Shown one piece after another: positions 1-15,400 of a stretch of 64,000 nucleotides of DNA. The stretch comes from Auanema rhodensis (Eukaryota; Animalia; Nematoda). The notes beneath the pieces are model-generated. The model saw only the letters and a program-made list of their open reading frames with translations, made no database searches and was not told the origin of the DNA. Made by a program: the position numbers and the translations under genes. Each line of letters opens with the position of its first letter. The stretch's first letter is position 1. The stretch spans positions 7,998,001 to 8,062,000 of the forward strand of contig OZ059895.1 of the NCBI GenBank assembly GCA_964057225.1. Direction: 5' to 3'.

Positions 1-290
1 TCCTACAACGATATGCTCTTGGACACATCTATCTAACAAGCTGTTTCATCTATTTGAATGACTTGTCGTAGTCATTTTCGTTTTTTTTCCAGGAAACAAA
101 ATTTAGGTAATAGATATATGTATATATTAGAATAGTTAAAATGAAATAAAATAAATTTTTTTAAATAGAAAAAAAGGAAGAAGTTGACGTATCTTACGCG
201 AACAAATGTGAAATGTTATGCAGTAGACAAGGCTTCTAAGTAGTTTTAAGAACTCGACTAGAGAGAGAGAGAGAGAAAGAAAGAGAGAAT

Positions 291-353
<63 letters not shown>

Positions 354-1021
354 AAGAGAACAGGTAAACGGTTGCAAGTGAATAGAAAATATAAATAAGA
401 AGATTTTTTCATCTAAAACGAAGAGAATAATAAAGAGTTTATATATATATCATGTATTATTTATGTATGTCTATACTACATGAATTCGGATTTTACTGGC
501 TCAGATGGTCAGAACTCTGAACTATTAGGATTCATAGAATATATATTTTTATTGAAGCTTTACTATATTAAAGAATAGTAAAGCCTCCTTTTTTTTGAGG
601 GAAAAAAAATGCGAAAAGTGAACTCTAATGCCTTTCTTCTTTCCTAAAATAATTCAGAGCATACATATATATACGACATGTTTATTAGAAAAAGCATTTA
701 AATCCCAGAAAGTGAAATAAGAGAGTAAGAAGGAAGAATGAAGAGAATAAGAACAAGGAAGAAATAATGATTGAAGGAATGAAAGAAGGACCGAGTGAGT
801 GGAAAGATTGACTAACAATCATATTAGCTAAAAGAAAAGATTTCTTTTAAAGACATTGTGTTTGTTTATGTTTATAAAATTATCAAAGAAATCAAGTTAG
901 AGAGAAAAGAGAAAAGGGAGAGAATAAGAGGGAAATATAAAATAAAAATATTGAAAAGAAATGTACAGATGTAAAGATGAAGAGATGGAGAGGGTGGAAG
1001 AGATTAGGAAGAAAGATTGAT

Positions 1022-1087
<66 letters not shown>

Positions 1088-2092
1088 AACAAAAAAGAAA
1101 AAAGAGAGTTTTCTGAAATGAAAAAATATTAAATAGGAAACAGGAGGGGGTCTGGTAGGGAGAAAATGAGACGAAGAGTGAATAGAGATCAAGTTATCAA
1201 GAAAATTGAAGAAATTGAGAGGGAGAGGACTAGTAAAGTAGTGAGTGATATGGATACCGAATGACAAGCAAATTATTTAGAAAAACATTTGAAACATGCA
1301 CCAAAATGTTTACTACCTCATGAAAAGCCAAGTTCTCTTTTTGAAGTTGTCTTCTTTACGATTATTGGAAGATATTTATACATAACCACTATGAAAATGA
1401 AAAATGTAGTTTCTCAATTAGAGTATGAAAGAAGAAAAAATAAGAAAAGTAAATAAATGTTTGGATTGATGAATGAAAATATTGAATGTTTCAATGGATT
1501 AAGCATCATTCAACATCACGTTCACGTTGTCTTTTATTTTTCAGTAAAAAAAAACGTTAAAACAGAAAAATTACCGAGAAAAAAAAATAAATTTAGATTA
1601 GCAAATACATTTTCTTCTCTTCCCAATGGAATAAATTTTTTTTAAAGTATTCTAAGCTTGCTGTGTCGAAAACAGAAATAACCGTTTGTGGTTGGCATTC
1701 AGGATATTGCCAAGTTCTGGATGTGAGAAATTCTTTTTCAACATCATAGTTGGTGTGCCGTCGGAGTCCAATGAGTAGGAAGAGCACGAAGAAAGCTGCC
1801 GACGACGAAAAAAATAAAAATAAACTTGCTAATCATATGCTTTTTCTTCTGAAAAACGAATAAGACAGTTGCTAAAAAATGTTTGAAAGGTAGTCTCAAA
1901 TGACAAAAAGTATTTACTATATTGCATATCGTTTAAGCTTGTTTATTTTTTTTATTTTTTGAAATGAAATCGAATTAATGTGTTGAAAAAAAGCACAAAA
2001 TATGAGTAAAAGCATAAAAAATCAATAAGTTATTTTCAAAAGATATGAAGATTTCTATAAAAGTTAAAAAGATAGAGAGAGGGAGAGAGGGA

Positions 2093-2141
<49 letters not shown>

Positions 2142-2840
2142 AGAAAGAGAAAGAGGTGAAAATGTGTGCTGCAAACACGAAAGATAGAGAAACAGAATGA
2201 TAATATATGTAGTAAATGCTTAAAATGTGAAACTTTGCCTTAAAAAGAAGTAGATATAGGAAAAATTTCTTGAAGAAGAACGGAAAATCGTCAAAATAAT
2301 TTAAAATTTAGTTAAAATAAAATGAATTGAAGTAAATGAGGAAAAACAAGGAGAATTACACACCGATTACAGGTTGAAAACAATGAGATAAATAGAAAAT
2401 GATTTGTTATTTAAGAATTTTTACTAAATTTGAAAGCAATTTTAAGAAGTCCTTCATTACCAATAATCTAAAGCTCAATAGACACTAAGTTGTGAAATGA
2501 ACTTAATTCACTGAATGAAAGAAGAATGAAGGAAACTTTTTAAAGCTTACATCCTTATGCTCTATATTCAATCGTGTATGTATGTACCTAAAAAAAAGTT
2601 GAAGGCTTAAAAGACATACTAAACCAAAGCTCCTTCTGCTCTTCACAATCTCTTTACTTCCAAATTACTTTCATTTGTTCAATTTTCCTAACTCAAATTT
2701 AAAAAAAAAAGAAAATTGTGTAGTTTGAAACTTTGAAATCTGGTAAAACATGTCATTCTCTTCCTAACTCCCTTCGCCCCCCTCTCTTCTCACTTCTTTA
2801 CCCTCCCCCCTCCCCTCTTTCTCCTACTTTCTCTCTTACC

Positions 2841-2935
<95 letters not shown>

Positions 2936-5343
2936 ATGTACCCTTCTTTTTTTTTGTGATAATCCCTATTTCGTCAGTGCACTGCTTATAACTGTCATAG
3001 TATTTATAAAAATAAACAAATAAGAAAAGAAGCCGTATATGACTTGAAGGCAGAGCCTTGATGGAATTCACAGAAGAGATGACAGCGGCTTCGTCGAAGA
3101 TGATACATGACCGTATATGAAGGAAAGGAAGTCTGAAACGAAAGAAAAAAGTTTTGGAAGAATATATAAGCAGATACGAACCAAAAAAATGTTGAGAACA
3201 TGTAAAAAATGAAAAAGAAAGAAAAGAAAACGTTGTAGTTGAAGAGAAAATATATCAATATTTGAATGAAATACTGAATTTAAGAGAAGATCAGAAGAAG
3301 ATGAAAAATATTGTAAGATTACTGAAGATTTAAAATATTAGAAAATCTATAAAATCTTCAAAAAGTGAAAGAATTTCAAAGAAAATAAGGAAAAAGAACT
3401 TAAAGAACCAAAAGTTATTGCATGATAGGGGGAAGAATGGGAGCTAGATGGGTGATTGAGCAGAGTAGATGATGGTAATGATACGTGGTAAGCAGGGTTA
3501 TGATAGACTTGAATAGCATGGTGATGCTGAATAATCAAATGGCTAATGGCGAGAGGATGATTATGAGAAGAAGGAAGACGAAAAGAGAATAGTCAGTTGC
3601 TTTGAAGTGTATTGATATCCAAAAGACAAGCTATAATGATTGTGTTTGAAAGAAAAGAAAAGAATGAATCTGTTAGATGTGAAGAGAAAGTTTTCAGACT
3701 AAGCATTTAGATGAATCGAAGCAATTCCAAAGATAGAAAAGAAATAGAGAGAGAGAGAAGAAAAGAGAGAGGTAGAGAGAGAAAGAGAGAGAGAGGGAGA
3801 GAGATAGAGATATAGAGAGAGATATGGAGGGAGAGAGAATAAGTAAAATATTTAATATTTATTTATATACATACATACATATCTACATAAATGTAAAGAG
3901 AACTAGTGAAAGAAAGAGACGGCATGCTATGCAGAAGAATGGATGTTTTCATGAGAGCATGCTAGATATATAGAGTGAGATATATACATAAACATATATA
4001 GAGAGAGAGAGAGATAGAGAGAAAAAGAAGGAGGAAGAGAACCACTTTTAACAATATGCTTGATATGAATTTATGCAGTTAAGTTAGCTGAAAATGATTT
4101 TTAGAGTAGAAAAGATCATTATATTCTGAACAGAACACTCAAAAGACTAATTTTCAAATCATTTTCTTGCTCATCCTTGAGCACACATAGTTCATAATAT
4201 CTGCAGAAGAAGAAGAAGGAAAAAAGGAAATAAAATAGAAATTAGAGCAAGTATTATCATAGCTCAATTATAATTTTCTTTTTTGAATGAAAGATTGAGC
4301 AAAGATAGAATTAAAGATTTTTGGGATCACGATGCTTACTTTCAGACGAAAAAAAGACGTCAGAAGTAGATGTAGGACACGCATTCAGAGGTTTAAGAGA
4401 CCGGATGGCAGAAGCTAAATATGGCCATTTAAAGATTTCATTGCTTGAGTGCCTAGCTTGGAAGAATGTAAAAACGACTCGTACTTGTCATTTCATGTCT
4501 TCCGTTACCATGTGCATAGTAAATAATTTTTTTTTCGCCTCAAATATGATAAGATTTTTGGAGATCAACATTCTTTCTCTCGTCTTCTACTATTTATTTT
4601 TTTTTTAGAAAAAGACATGGAGTTATACAATATTAAAAAAGATAAATCATATTTCTAAATAAGATAGATATAACATAAAATTGGCCTAAATGGCATATAT
4701 ATATATATATAAATAGATGTATATATAGATGTATATGTATATGTATCAAGTTAAACAATTTAATTATATGTTATTTAATGTTAAATTATGTTAAAAGATG
4801 TTGAAAATATTAGTTATATAGCTATTGTCTGAAGGTAAAATTCACATGATACGTACAAACACTATAAGCTGTTACATCTCTCAATTCAATCATATTATAA
4901 TATCAATTTTGATCTAAAATGTTTAATTATACATATATTTATGTATATATGCGAACATATTTATTAAATATCTCTTTTTTTGTGGTTTCTTCTGACTAGG
5001 CTTCAATTTCTATTCTTGTCATCCGTTCATTGTTTTGGAAAAGCTTTTAACACATTTTGGAAAAAGAAAAAAACGAAATAAATTCAAGAAAAGATTAATG
5101 AAAAGTAAAATCTTTTCGTTTTCTTTTTTTCCTTTTTTCCTTATAATGTTGTTGTTTGTTGTTTTTAACTTCCTCGCTTCCTCAGTTTGTGCTTATTCAT
5201 TAGAAGGATTGAGATATCACGTGAGATTTACGTGAAATAGCTAGCTTTCCTTATTCTGAATGAGACATTGTTCACTTGCAAATTCATTACTGATGATTAA
5301 GACACATTAAACGGTTGAAATATCATATTTTCGTCTTGTAACG

Positions 5344-5412
<69 letters not shown>

Positions 5413-7435
5413 ATATATCACTTTTTCGATCAGTCCCTCGTTATCTCTTTGCTAATAATCCTCCGTGGCTGTGTTTCAAAAAGAAAATATATAAAAGACA
5501 AGATGTCTCTCGTAAAACAAAATTTTCAAAAAATACGAAAATAACATGAAAATAAAATCAAAAATGTCTACTTACGTCTTGTTCGTTCTTGATGGGACTA
5601 CTACTTCAGCTAAAATAATCAGTAAAATATACCACTTTGTTCTACACTATTGAACAAAATGAGAATAAGATGATGACGTAAGAAGATGTTCAACTAAGAA
5701 AAAAAGACGACACAAGCATTATCACTTGAGTCTTGTTTTAACTATACGTATAGTATTCATATACATGTCTATATATGTATATATGAATGTATGATAAAGC
5801 TTACATATATACTTCATCGTTGTTTTCATGATGATAAGGAAAATTAAATAAAGAATGTCCTAAAACTCTAAGTAAGTAGTGATACTTCTCAGTTCGAATA
5901 GCTTTTCTGTTAATTCAAGTCTCTCTACTGGACTTTGAGTTCGACGTGAATAACAAGCGAGAAGACTATAGAAAAGCTTAACCAAAAAGGTTTGAAAAAA
6001 AATAAAAATGAATGAAATAATAGAAAGATAGAAACGATGGGAGACAAGAAGTATAAAGAAATTGAGAGAGAGGGTTAAAGAGAGAAATAGAGAGAGAGAG
6101 AGAAATAGAGAGAGAGAGAAATAGAGAGAGAGAGGTAGAAATAATGATATCAGGAATAAAGTAAAAAAGAAAAAGTATTTGAGAGAGAGAGAGAGAAAGT
6201 CTGGGAAACAAGATGAAATAAACTTAGTTTGGCATCAAAAGTTCTGACATAGTGTGAGTAAAGCATCATGAAAACTTAATAAAACTTGCATCAAAAAAAT
6301 GTCAAGCTTAATTGAGTATTGAATTGTTGGCGTTAAATATTATAATTCTTTCAATGCTAACATAACTTAAGTTAAGCACACGAAAGTAATAAAGTCAAAT
6401 CTGTTGGAGTTTTATTTTGTTTTGAATGAAACAAAAAATTGCACATTTTGGTTATCAAATCTTGATTCTCATATCGCAAAATTGCTCAGATGGATGGGAA
6501 AATCATGATAAAAAAACTTTGAGGGAAAAAATGAAAAAAAACGACACTACTTTGGGATGTATCAAGTCTGAAACATGAGGGGTGGAATCAGAGGTAGTTG
6601 AAGCTTCCAAAATGTTAAGCTTAAAATCCCAAGATCTGTCAAAAGAAGCCAGAAGCTGAGAAAACAGGATGTCAAAAGAGGGTTTACAGAATAATTGTTG
6701 TTGTTTTGTTTTTATTTTATTGTAAAGTATACAAAAACCAAAATGTTATAAGACTATTAAGCAAATGGCATTTTTAAGCGTCACAATTATGTTTTCATTT
6801 CCTGAAATACACAAATTTCTAAAGTAAAAGAAAATAAAATAGAAATATTATTTCCGATAATTAATTTGTGAAAAACGACAAAATGGCGAGGATATGTATA
6901 CAAATGATATGAATATTTGTTGAAATAACTCATCCAAATGATGAATATGCGTAACAAAAAGGTCAAAATGCTAGAAAATCTGTCAGAAAAGGTCAAGTTA
7001 CATCAATGAGTAGAAATAAAAATAGAAAAATACAAGAAAATTGATGGCGATAAGACGGATTCATGATGCTGAAACGATGTGAACGTAGACCATTAAGAGT
7101 CATATCTATGACTAGATAATGAAAACAGCCCCATGAGAATAAGTTCTTCACGTCAGTCAACCATCTTCCATCGAATTTAGTCGTTTTTTCGTGCATTTCT
7201 ATCTCAAATGAATGATACATCATGTATTGAGCAATTTTTGACTAGACATTTGTATATAACGATATCAGCATGATGATGTCATTGTAAATATTTCCACGTT
7301 TGAAAGCATCATAACATGACTTCTTACTTGACAGTTAGAATCATTCGATTGTATCATTTGTATTTCGTATAATTACATGTAAAAGTTATCTTTCCATTTA
7401 CATACATAGTTTTATGAATGAAAAACACTACAAGC

Positions 7436-7462
7436 ATGATGATGATGATGATGATGATGATG
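7436..7462. repeat. (GAT)n trinucleotide microsatellite
   Basis: The run tgatgatgatgatgatgatgatgatg is visible. Confidence 0.85.
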
Positions 7463-9276
7463 TCAACCACATCGCTATAGACAGCAATAGCAAAGATGAT
7501 GATGATGCTGCTACTCCTGTCGCTATTGCAAATGCTATGAGGGCGGTGAGATCGAAGAAGCTAATAGAGCTTCAGGAGATATGACGTAAAACATAATGCC
7601 TCAAGAGAAAGAGCCCATGGAATTGATTTTAAAGTCGACAAGAAGATAGACGGACGTACGGTGATCATCGTTATGCCATAGATATATTCACGACCAACAG
7701 CTGTGTCCCAGAAGGCAATAAAGCAGAAGAAACTGAAGAAAAGAAAAAAAAAGGAACGGGCGGAATAAATTTGTTTATCCTTTTTTGGTCAATTCGCTTT
7801 TTTTTTTCAAACAATTCTTTTCGCTTCAAAAATTTGTCCTGACTGACACCGCTTCTGTCCGTTTGGTTTATAAGCTCTAAAGTCTTCAACATCTCTACTT
7901 ATTCAAGGGCAATTGTAGATAAACTATTAGTTGAAAGTATGAAGATTTTCATTTAACAATTGAGAAAAACAACAGAGTTTTGTGGTGCCGTTAGGTACTC
8001 AGAATATATTTCTGTGTCTGCGCTTCATACATCTGCACTTCCCTATATGTGTCTTCAAATTATTCCAAATCTTGTCAGCGATTACCTCAGCTTTCTGATA
8101 TAATTCCTCTCGGAATTTGTGTTCTCTTAAGATTTGAGCACATTCTGAACATCTCAGATGATCCGCTCACATGAAGCTGAATCTTATTGCAGCTATCTTC
8201 CAACATCATTTCCTCTTTATTTCAAGGAAAAAAGAGGTTGGTAAGGCAATTGCCTAGGCTTAGTCAGAAAAGGCAAAGAGACGAAACAGGGGATTATGAA
8301 GAAAGTCCATGCTTTCCATTCTGTATGCTTACACTATTGAGGAGTAGCAGCCAAACACATACATACTCATCAAATTCATAAAATATCAGAAGAAAATCAA
8401 AACAGAAGATGGTGACGAAAAAAAAGAAAAATATAATCATCCCAAACATTCGTGCATAGCAAGTGCTCAAGCTCAACATTTACGAAGTAATTCATCAAAG
8501 AAATCATTCCTTTTCCGCTTTTTTTAAATCTATTTTGACCAATATTTGGAGTAAAAAAATAGGAAAACAAAGTAAAACGACGAGCTTTAGTCTTATAGGT
8601 TAAAAATAAGTTCGTTAAAGTTGTTATAATGATTGGAATAATTAAAAAAACACAAAATAAGACAGAACAAAACATAATTTTTTTGTTTTGCAGTAAAAAA
8701 TAATAAAGAAATACGAAAAAGATGCGTAAATTTGGCAATAAAGGGCTTTCCCTAGTATATGCTCATCTTATCATTAGCTTGACCTCGATAGGCCTTGTTG
8801 CCAAATTGAATTGAAGAATCGAGTGAGTTGTCGACGACTAGCGGTTTTCTCCTTTCTCTTTCTCCCATTCTTATTCTCCGAATTTCAGTCTCTTTCTCTT
8901 TAAAATTGATATGTTGTCCTCATTATAGCCTGAGGCAATTCAGCAAAAATTATATTAAAAATTTTATTCAACCTGATGACCATAAATTTGCAAAATACAT
9001 ATATGTATATAGATATATGAAAGAAAGATATATAAAGAAAGAAATTATATATATACTACTTTCACATCGATGTATCGGGTGTTGTTAATGACGAAAAATG
9101 AATGAAATGCTAGGATTTTGATGGTTTGTGAGAGCACACATCATGTACATGCTTATAAGTCGTGTCACATGCCATATACATATGTAGCTGTATTTTTGCT
9201 TCACAGATGTAATGAAGTGGTTGAACTCCTCCTTCCTACCTCTCTGACATTACCTCTTTCTTTCTCTCTCCCTCGC

Positions 9277-9354
<78 letters not shown>

Positions 9355-11836
9355 CCCTCCCTAACTCCCTCCATCCCTCCCTCGCATTCTTTCTTTTTCA
9401 TTATTTTGACTTTCTTCTAACAAAATCATGAAAATGGAAAAAAACTAAATTCACTAAAACAGTGGAAAGAACAATTTTTTGCAGAAACGACTGAAAACCA
9501 AGAATATTCGAAGATACATACATACATATGTGTCTTAAACAGTTGCATTCATTGTTTAAGGTTCCATAATAGAAACAAATTTCTGAGCTTTGAGAGCCAT
9601 TTATGGGATTCAGAAGTGCTAGCGTTTTTCATTTCTCATGGCCAGTTGAGTGGACGTGAAGTGAGTTCGATGATTGGAACGTGTGCTCATTTGAACCAAT
9701 GAAATTCATGATTCCCGTACTTATACACTGTGAATTTGTTTGTTTAACAAGGCCTCATTGTAACGATGCCAAAGAAAATATTGAAAAGAAGAAAAAAAGA
9801 AAAATATTGCTCGAAAAGTATAAAATTCAAAAATGAAAAACGAAGAGTAATGTGGAAAGATGCAGGATATGCTGGCTTACAAACTCGCTTGAAGGCATTA
9901 AGAAAATCTTGTCAAGATTCGTTTGGAAATCAGTAAAAAGAGTGAAAAGGAGGCAAAACGGAAGAAGAGATGATCATGCTTACGATCAGCAGTGTATAGC
10001 ATGTCGTTCTCTATTTGAATATTAAAGTTATCGATCATATGCATAATCATAATCCTCTATTTCTTTTTTTTTGTTTTTTTTTCCTGGTTTTTGGAAAGCC
10101 AAGGCTATAGAAATTGAAATTATGTAAAAAAAATAGAAGAAATAGTCAAGATAATATTTTTTTTACAAATTTTTCTGGTAAACAAAAAAGTTATCTGAAA
10201 TTTTGTTGTGAAAAAAAGATATAATAGAAAAATTGAATTTTGCTGAATCTGAAATTAGTGTGATACCTGGTAAGTGGATGACTGGATAATGCCACACACT
10301 GAGACTCTTCGAACTATAATTAATCAGCCTAAGTTATTCCGCCCAGAAAGAGTGAAAAGATAAATTTATATAATAAAGAATAAAGAGAAAGAAAGAAAAA
10401 GTGAGAGAGAGAGTGAGAGAGGGAGGGAGAGAGGGAGGGAGAGAAGTGACAAAGTGAGAGATACACATAATACATTTAAATTCCGGCTCTCTCACTCATT
10501 CCCTAGAATGATGATTGTGATGATGATTGATCTTGACTACACCATACAAGCTGTAAAGTGATAATGTTGGCGATAAGCCAAAGGCTATTATCATCATCAT
10601 TACCATCATTCATACACATATCTTTCACTTAACTTGACATAATTTGAACTTTTATTGTACTATATAATATATTTTCTCATATAAGTCGTCGAAAATAAGA
10701 AAAACAAATTAGTCCTTCAAATAGATGAGACATTGTTCCATGGAAAATGAGCAGAAAATACGTAGATAAATGAAATGAAAACGATAAGGCAACACGATTG
10801 GTAATATATTCAAGAGCAATTGCCTTTGGTTATTTCGTAGAAAATGGCTGACACAATAGAACAGATTTTCAAAATGAAACAGAAGCCAAACGAGGAAAGA
10901 AGCGACCAAAATTCAAATACTACTTGACTCATCTTATACTCTGCTCATTAAAATTCTCTTGTTTCCAAAAAAAACGATCATAATGAAGATATATACATAG
11001 ATGGTACAATGAAGAACATCAGTTTTTTCCATATCTTTCAGAAAGTTGTTGAAACACTCAACACAGATGCTTTTATCCCTCCTTTATTCTCTATCCTCAA
11101 TATATTTTTTTTGAATATAACTCATCAAAGAAAGATTGATGAAGAGAGGGAAAATAGAAAGAGAATAAGGTAAAATTGAATTTGAAATATTGAATTGGCG
11201 ATTGAGTTGAGAGGGGATCTGTTCGAAGTCAAATTATAGTAGTAAAGCTGCTGCAAGTGCATTTGATTGTTTCGAATTTTGACCAGAATAAAAAATATTT
11301 TTTTTTGCGATAGCAATGAAAATACTTTCAGAAAATCTTTCAGTATTTGTGAAGAAAATTTTCGGAATTCTTAATAGAATAGCTGAAAATTTTTGTTGAA
11401 GCTTTTGGTATCTTCATATCATATAGGCAAGTCATATGGCTTTTCTATGCTTTTCCGTAAAAAAAACCTTTGAGAATGACAAAATTTGTGGAAACGAAAC
11501 CTTCACTAAAACAAAAATGAACTTGAAAAAGAAAAAATAAAAATAGAAACAAAGAGTCATGAAGAAACCGATGGTAGTAAGTTGAAGTAACAAAAGAAAA
11601 CTCAATGTTATTGGTTATTAGAAATATATTTTCAAAAAATAAAGAAAGAGAAAAGTGGTAAGGAAGAAGAAGCTGCTTAAAGATATACAGGTAATATGAA
11701 TGTTTAAAAGAAACTATAATCACAAAAAGACACATTATGTGCTATTTACTATTTTTGAATAAATACAATAGACTCAGAAAAAGGAAAGTTAGAGAGATAG
11801 AGAGAGATGGAGAGTTATAAAGAAAGATAAAGAGAC

Positions 11837-11877
<41 letters not shown>

Positions 11878-12281
11878 TGGAGAGTTACAAAGAAAGATAG
11901 AGAGAGATAGTGAGTTACAAAGAGAGGTAAAGTGGGGATGTATTGTAGAAAGAATAGAATATTTCTCTTATACTTTGTATTTTCGTATATAGAACTTGCT
12001 AATGATAATCATCATTAGAAGTACATGAGATTTTCTTAAACTTCAATTCATGTGTTGAACATCGAGAAAGGCTATGTATGGATTTTCGTCTCCTCTACAT
12101 ATAAATTTGGTCGGAAGTGTGCATTCAGCAAAACATCAACATTATGAATGGCAATTGTTGTGTCTTGGCTCTGAAGCTGTCGAGTTCTTTTTTCGTTTTT
12201 TTGTCATTTGCTCTCGATTCTTTGTCTAATTGTCTAACTCTCTCTCTAACACACTTCGCAAAAATAAAATACGTTTTTTAA

Positions 12282-12449
12282 CTCCCTTCTACCTCTCTCC
12301 CTTCTACCTCTCTCCCTTCTACCTCTCTCCCTTCTACCTCTCTCCCTTCTACCTCTCTCCCTTCTACCTCTCTCCCTCCTACCTCTCTCCCTTCTACCTC
12401 TCTCCCTTCTACCTCTCTCCCTTCTACCTCTCTCCCTCCTACCTCTCTC
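12282..12449. repeat. 15-bp minisatellite (CTCCCTTCTACCTCT)x~11
   Basis: Tandem units are visible, with occasional T>C variants. They produce the spurious (PFYLS)n ORF. Confidence 0.9.
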
Positions 12450-15400
12450 TTTTTCTCTTTCTACTCCTATCTCTCTCTCTCCCTATTACCTTTCTCTTTC
12501 CTTCTCTTTCTACCCCTATCTCTCTCTCTCTCTCCCTATTACCTCTCTCTTAACCTTTTTTTCTACCTCTCTCTCTCTCTCTCTCTCACCTTTTTTCTAA
12601 TTTGATTGAAACACTTTAGATAGTTCCACAAGCAAAACTATAATTGTGAACTTCAATGAAATGAAATCCTTCTTTTCATTATCTTATAACATTTTTTTGG
12701 AAATAGAAAGAGGAATTAAATAGACACACACACTCTTCTTCTTCATTTTCTTCGCCTTTAGCTTAACATGCTAAATTCAATTAAAAGTAAAAATAAATTT
12801 TTTTTATTTCTTCTATAACAATGGAATGAAGAAAAATATTAATTTGAAAGTGAAACGAACATGTAATGAATAAAATAAATTACTATAATATAAAGGAATG
12901 CTGCTAGATAACTGGGTTGCTTCCAACCTTCCCAAATAGCAATCGCATAGAGCAATCCACTTCGCAATGCAGGTGACTTTTCTGATTCATGCTTGGCACG
13001 AACCGAAACAAAGACAAAAACCGAGTTTTCGTTGTCGTCGTCGTAGCGCTAGCAGATAGACAAAATCTTTGGCGTTATGCTCATGCAAAAGCTGTTTGGT
13101 ATATTTGTCAACGAATTGGCAAGTTATTTTTAATTTTTCAACCTTCTTTCAGTTCTTGCTTGATAAGACTGAAGAATATAAAGCATAGCTATATTCTAAA
13201 CATTAAATGCTGGCTTATTTCAAACAACAAGAAAATTTTTGTGCGGAAAAAGAAATGAAAAGTTGAGCAGTTTATTAGTTAAAATAATTACATATGTATG
13301 AATGTATGTGTTTGGTTGTCTTTGTAGTTGTGTGTGTTTCAAGTAAAAATTAAAAAATACTATATGTACATAGTATATTGCTATGTTTAGAATATTTACC
13401 AACAAAACAAATTGGTCACGAAATTTGAAAATAAATGGAAACTATACGTTAAACTGAAAAAATAAAGAAAAAAAATTACATACTATTAATATATTCAGGT
13501 CATCGTTTACTTTGGATAATGTGGAGCAAACAGCAATGTTTTTAGCTTACATATATAGATGTGCATAGATTCATAGATATGCGTACATGTACGTACATAT
13601 GGGTTCATGTGAAATAAGGAAAAAGGGCGGATGAGTTTTTGCTGGAAGGGTTGCACCTCATCTGTTGAAAGCAGTTTATATGCTGCTCAACGGTTCACTC
13701 CTCAACGATGTGAAGAAGGGTGCATAGAGCCAAATGACTGGTCGTAAGGGCTTCAGACTGCTTCCGTTCTTCCTAAGAGCTTCATTTCAATAAATTGCCT
13801 TTGGTCGATTTGTAAACGATTTGTCCGATTTTAAAATTGGACCGCTTTCACACTACCTTGTTTTTATTCTGAGACATTGTCTATTTCACTTGTTCTGGCT
13901 TCCTAGACTCTCATTCTTTCTTTTTGCATAGCAAATAAATGAAATACCACATATACAAGTTGAATCAAGTATGCTTCAGCTATTAACAGCATTTCAATTG
14001 AAAAAAACAGAAGCAAAATCATGAATTGACAAATCTGCAACAATTTCGCAGCGGAGGGCAAATTCTCATTGTATGAAGTGTTCTGGCTTTCCAACAAAAA
14101 AATTGCTTTTCAATTTATTTCCTGCATATTATACCATAATGCCAGCAGTTTAAATTAAAACATTTAAATAGTTTGATTACCCGTTGTGTTAATGACAGGA
14201 AGAAGAGAAGAAATCACTCTGGACCCCTGTTGTGATAAAAAGCCTATACCACTGCCGTCAAGTAATATACAGGTTGGTCACAGATGTCATTTTAAATTTT
14301 CCTAGAATCTGATGACCCAAAACTTAAAGAGAATGTAAAAAAAAACAAATATTATATTATCTTCTACTGAGTACTTTTTTAAAAATCTAAAAAGTTATAC
14401 TTCTCTTATGACTTATAAGAAGATTATTTAATTATATAGTATTAGTATTAGATACAAACGCTTTACTATATGTATGAAGCATGAACGATAAACTAAAAAC
14501 AATTAGTTCACTTAATATGCTAGTAACGATAAAGAGATGTAAATGCTCAAAAAATCATATGTGATGAACAAAAAGTCTTTTTATAGAATAGACAAAATGA
14601 GAGAAAAATGAAAGAGAGAGAATATAAAAAAGAGGAAAAGGGAGGAAAGAGAAGGGAAGAGAGAGATGAAAAAGAAAAAGGAGATGAAGAAGAGGATAGG
14701 AAGAGAATAAAGAAAACGGAGAGGAACATTGAACAAAACAAAACATCCTTAGGATAACGACAACTTGTGGCCCGAGGGAAGGGACTACATTGATTTCAAC
14801 TGGACCAACTTTCTCCAAATGGCGATTCGACACTTGGCAATTTGATTGGGACGACGACAAATCAGGCAAAAAACGAAGGAAAATATTGGATCCGCGTCTC
14901 AAAATGAGTTTCATATCTCTTTTGCTCTCTGTCTTCTGAAGTAAATATAACAGCGATTCGTGTGATTTGTAATATTGTTTTAAATTATTTTTCCATTTTC
15001 TTATTATATATGTTTTGTTCTTTGTTAATAAAATTTATTTATAATTTTATAATTTTCTTTCCACGTGTGTATCACGTGGATTAAATTATTTTAGTGATAT
15101 CATAACACGATAACGGTTGTGACTCTATTTACATTTTTCTGCAAAAAAACAACAGTATATTATTCTTTCATTAATCACTAATAAGTACAAATTAAGACGA
15201 AGAAATGTTTCGCCATACTTTTCTCTTAACTCGTAGAGTTCACATAGAAACACACGATACTAAAAATAGCATTTCAATACTATATTCTTTGAACAATGAA
15301 ATTCTAAGAAGTTCTCTTGAACTAAAGCATTAAAAAGACATTTGTGCTGTAAAGGAAACCAACTCTTGTCTATTTAAACAATTCAAAAGCTAGTTCGTTC

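Larger units (their letters stand above)
260..12586. repeat. Cluster of (GA)n/(CT)n microsatellites in a gene-poor region (main tracts ~260-350, 1025-1084, 2072-2137, 2830-2931, 3745-3837, 5347-5409, 6080-6195, 9280-9349, 10400-10443, 11790-11907, 12470-12586)
   Basis: Dinucleotide runs are directly visible. The SLSLSL/ERERER ORFs in the track are translations of these runs. Confidence 0.95.

Noticed and set aside
7470-7535. Imperfect hairpin next to the GAT repeat, a possible miRNA
   Set aside because: Short interrupted stems and no recognisable mature miRNA sequence.
892-12553. ORFs rich in SLSLSL, ERERER or PFYLS
   Set aside because: They are translations of microsatellites and the minisatellite, with no splice or homology support.
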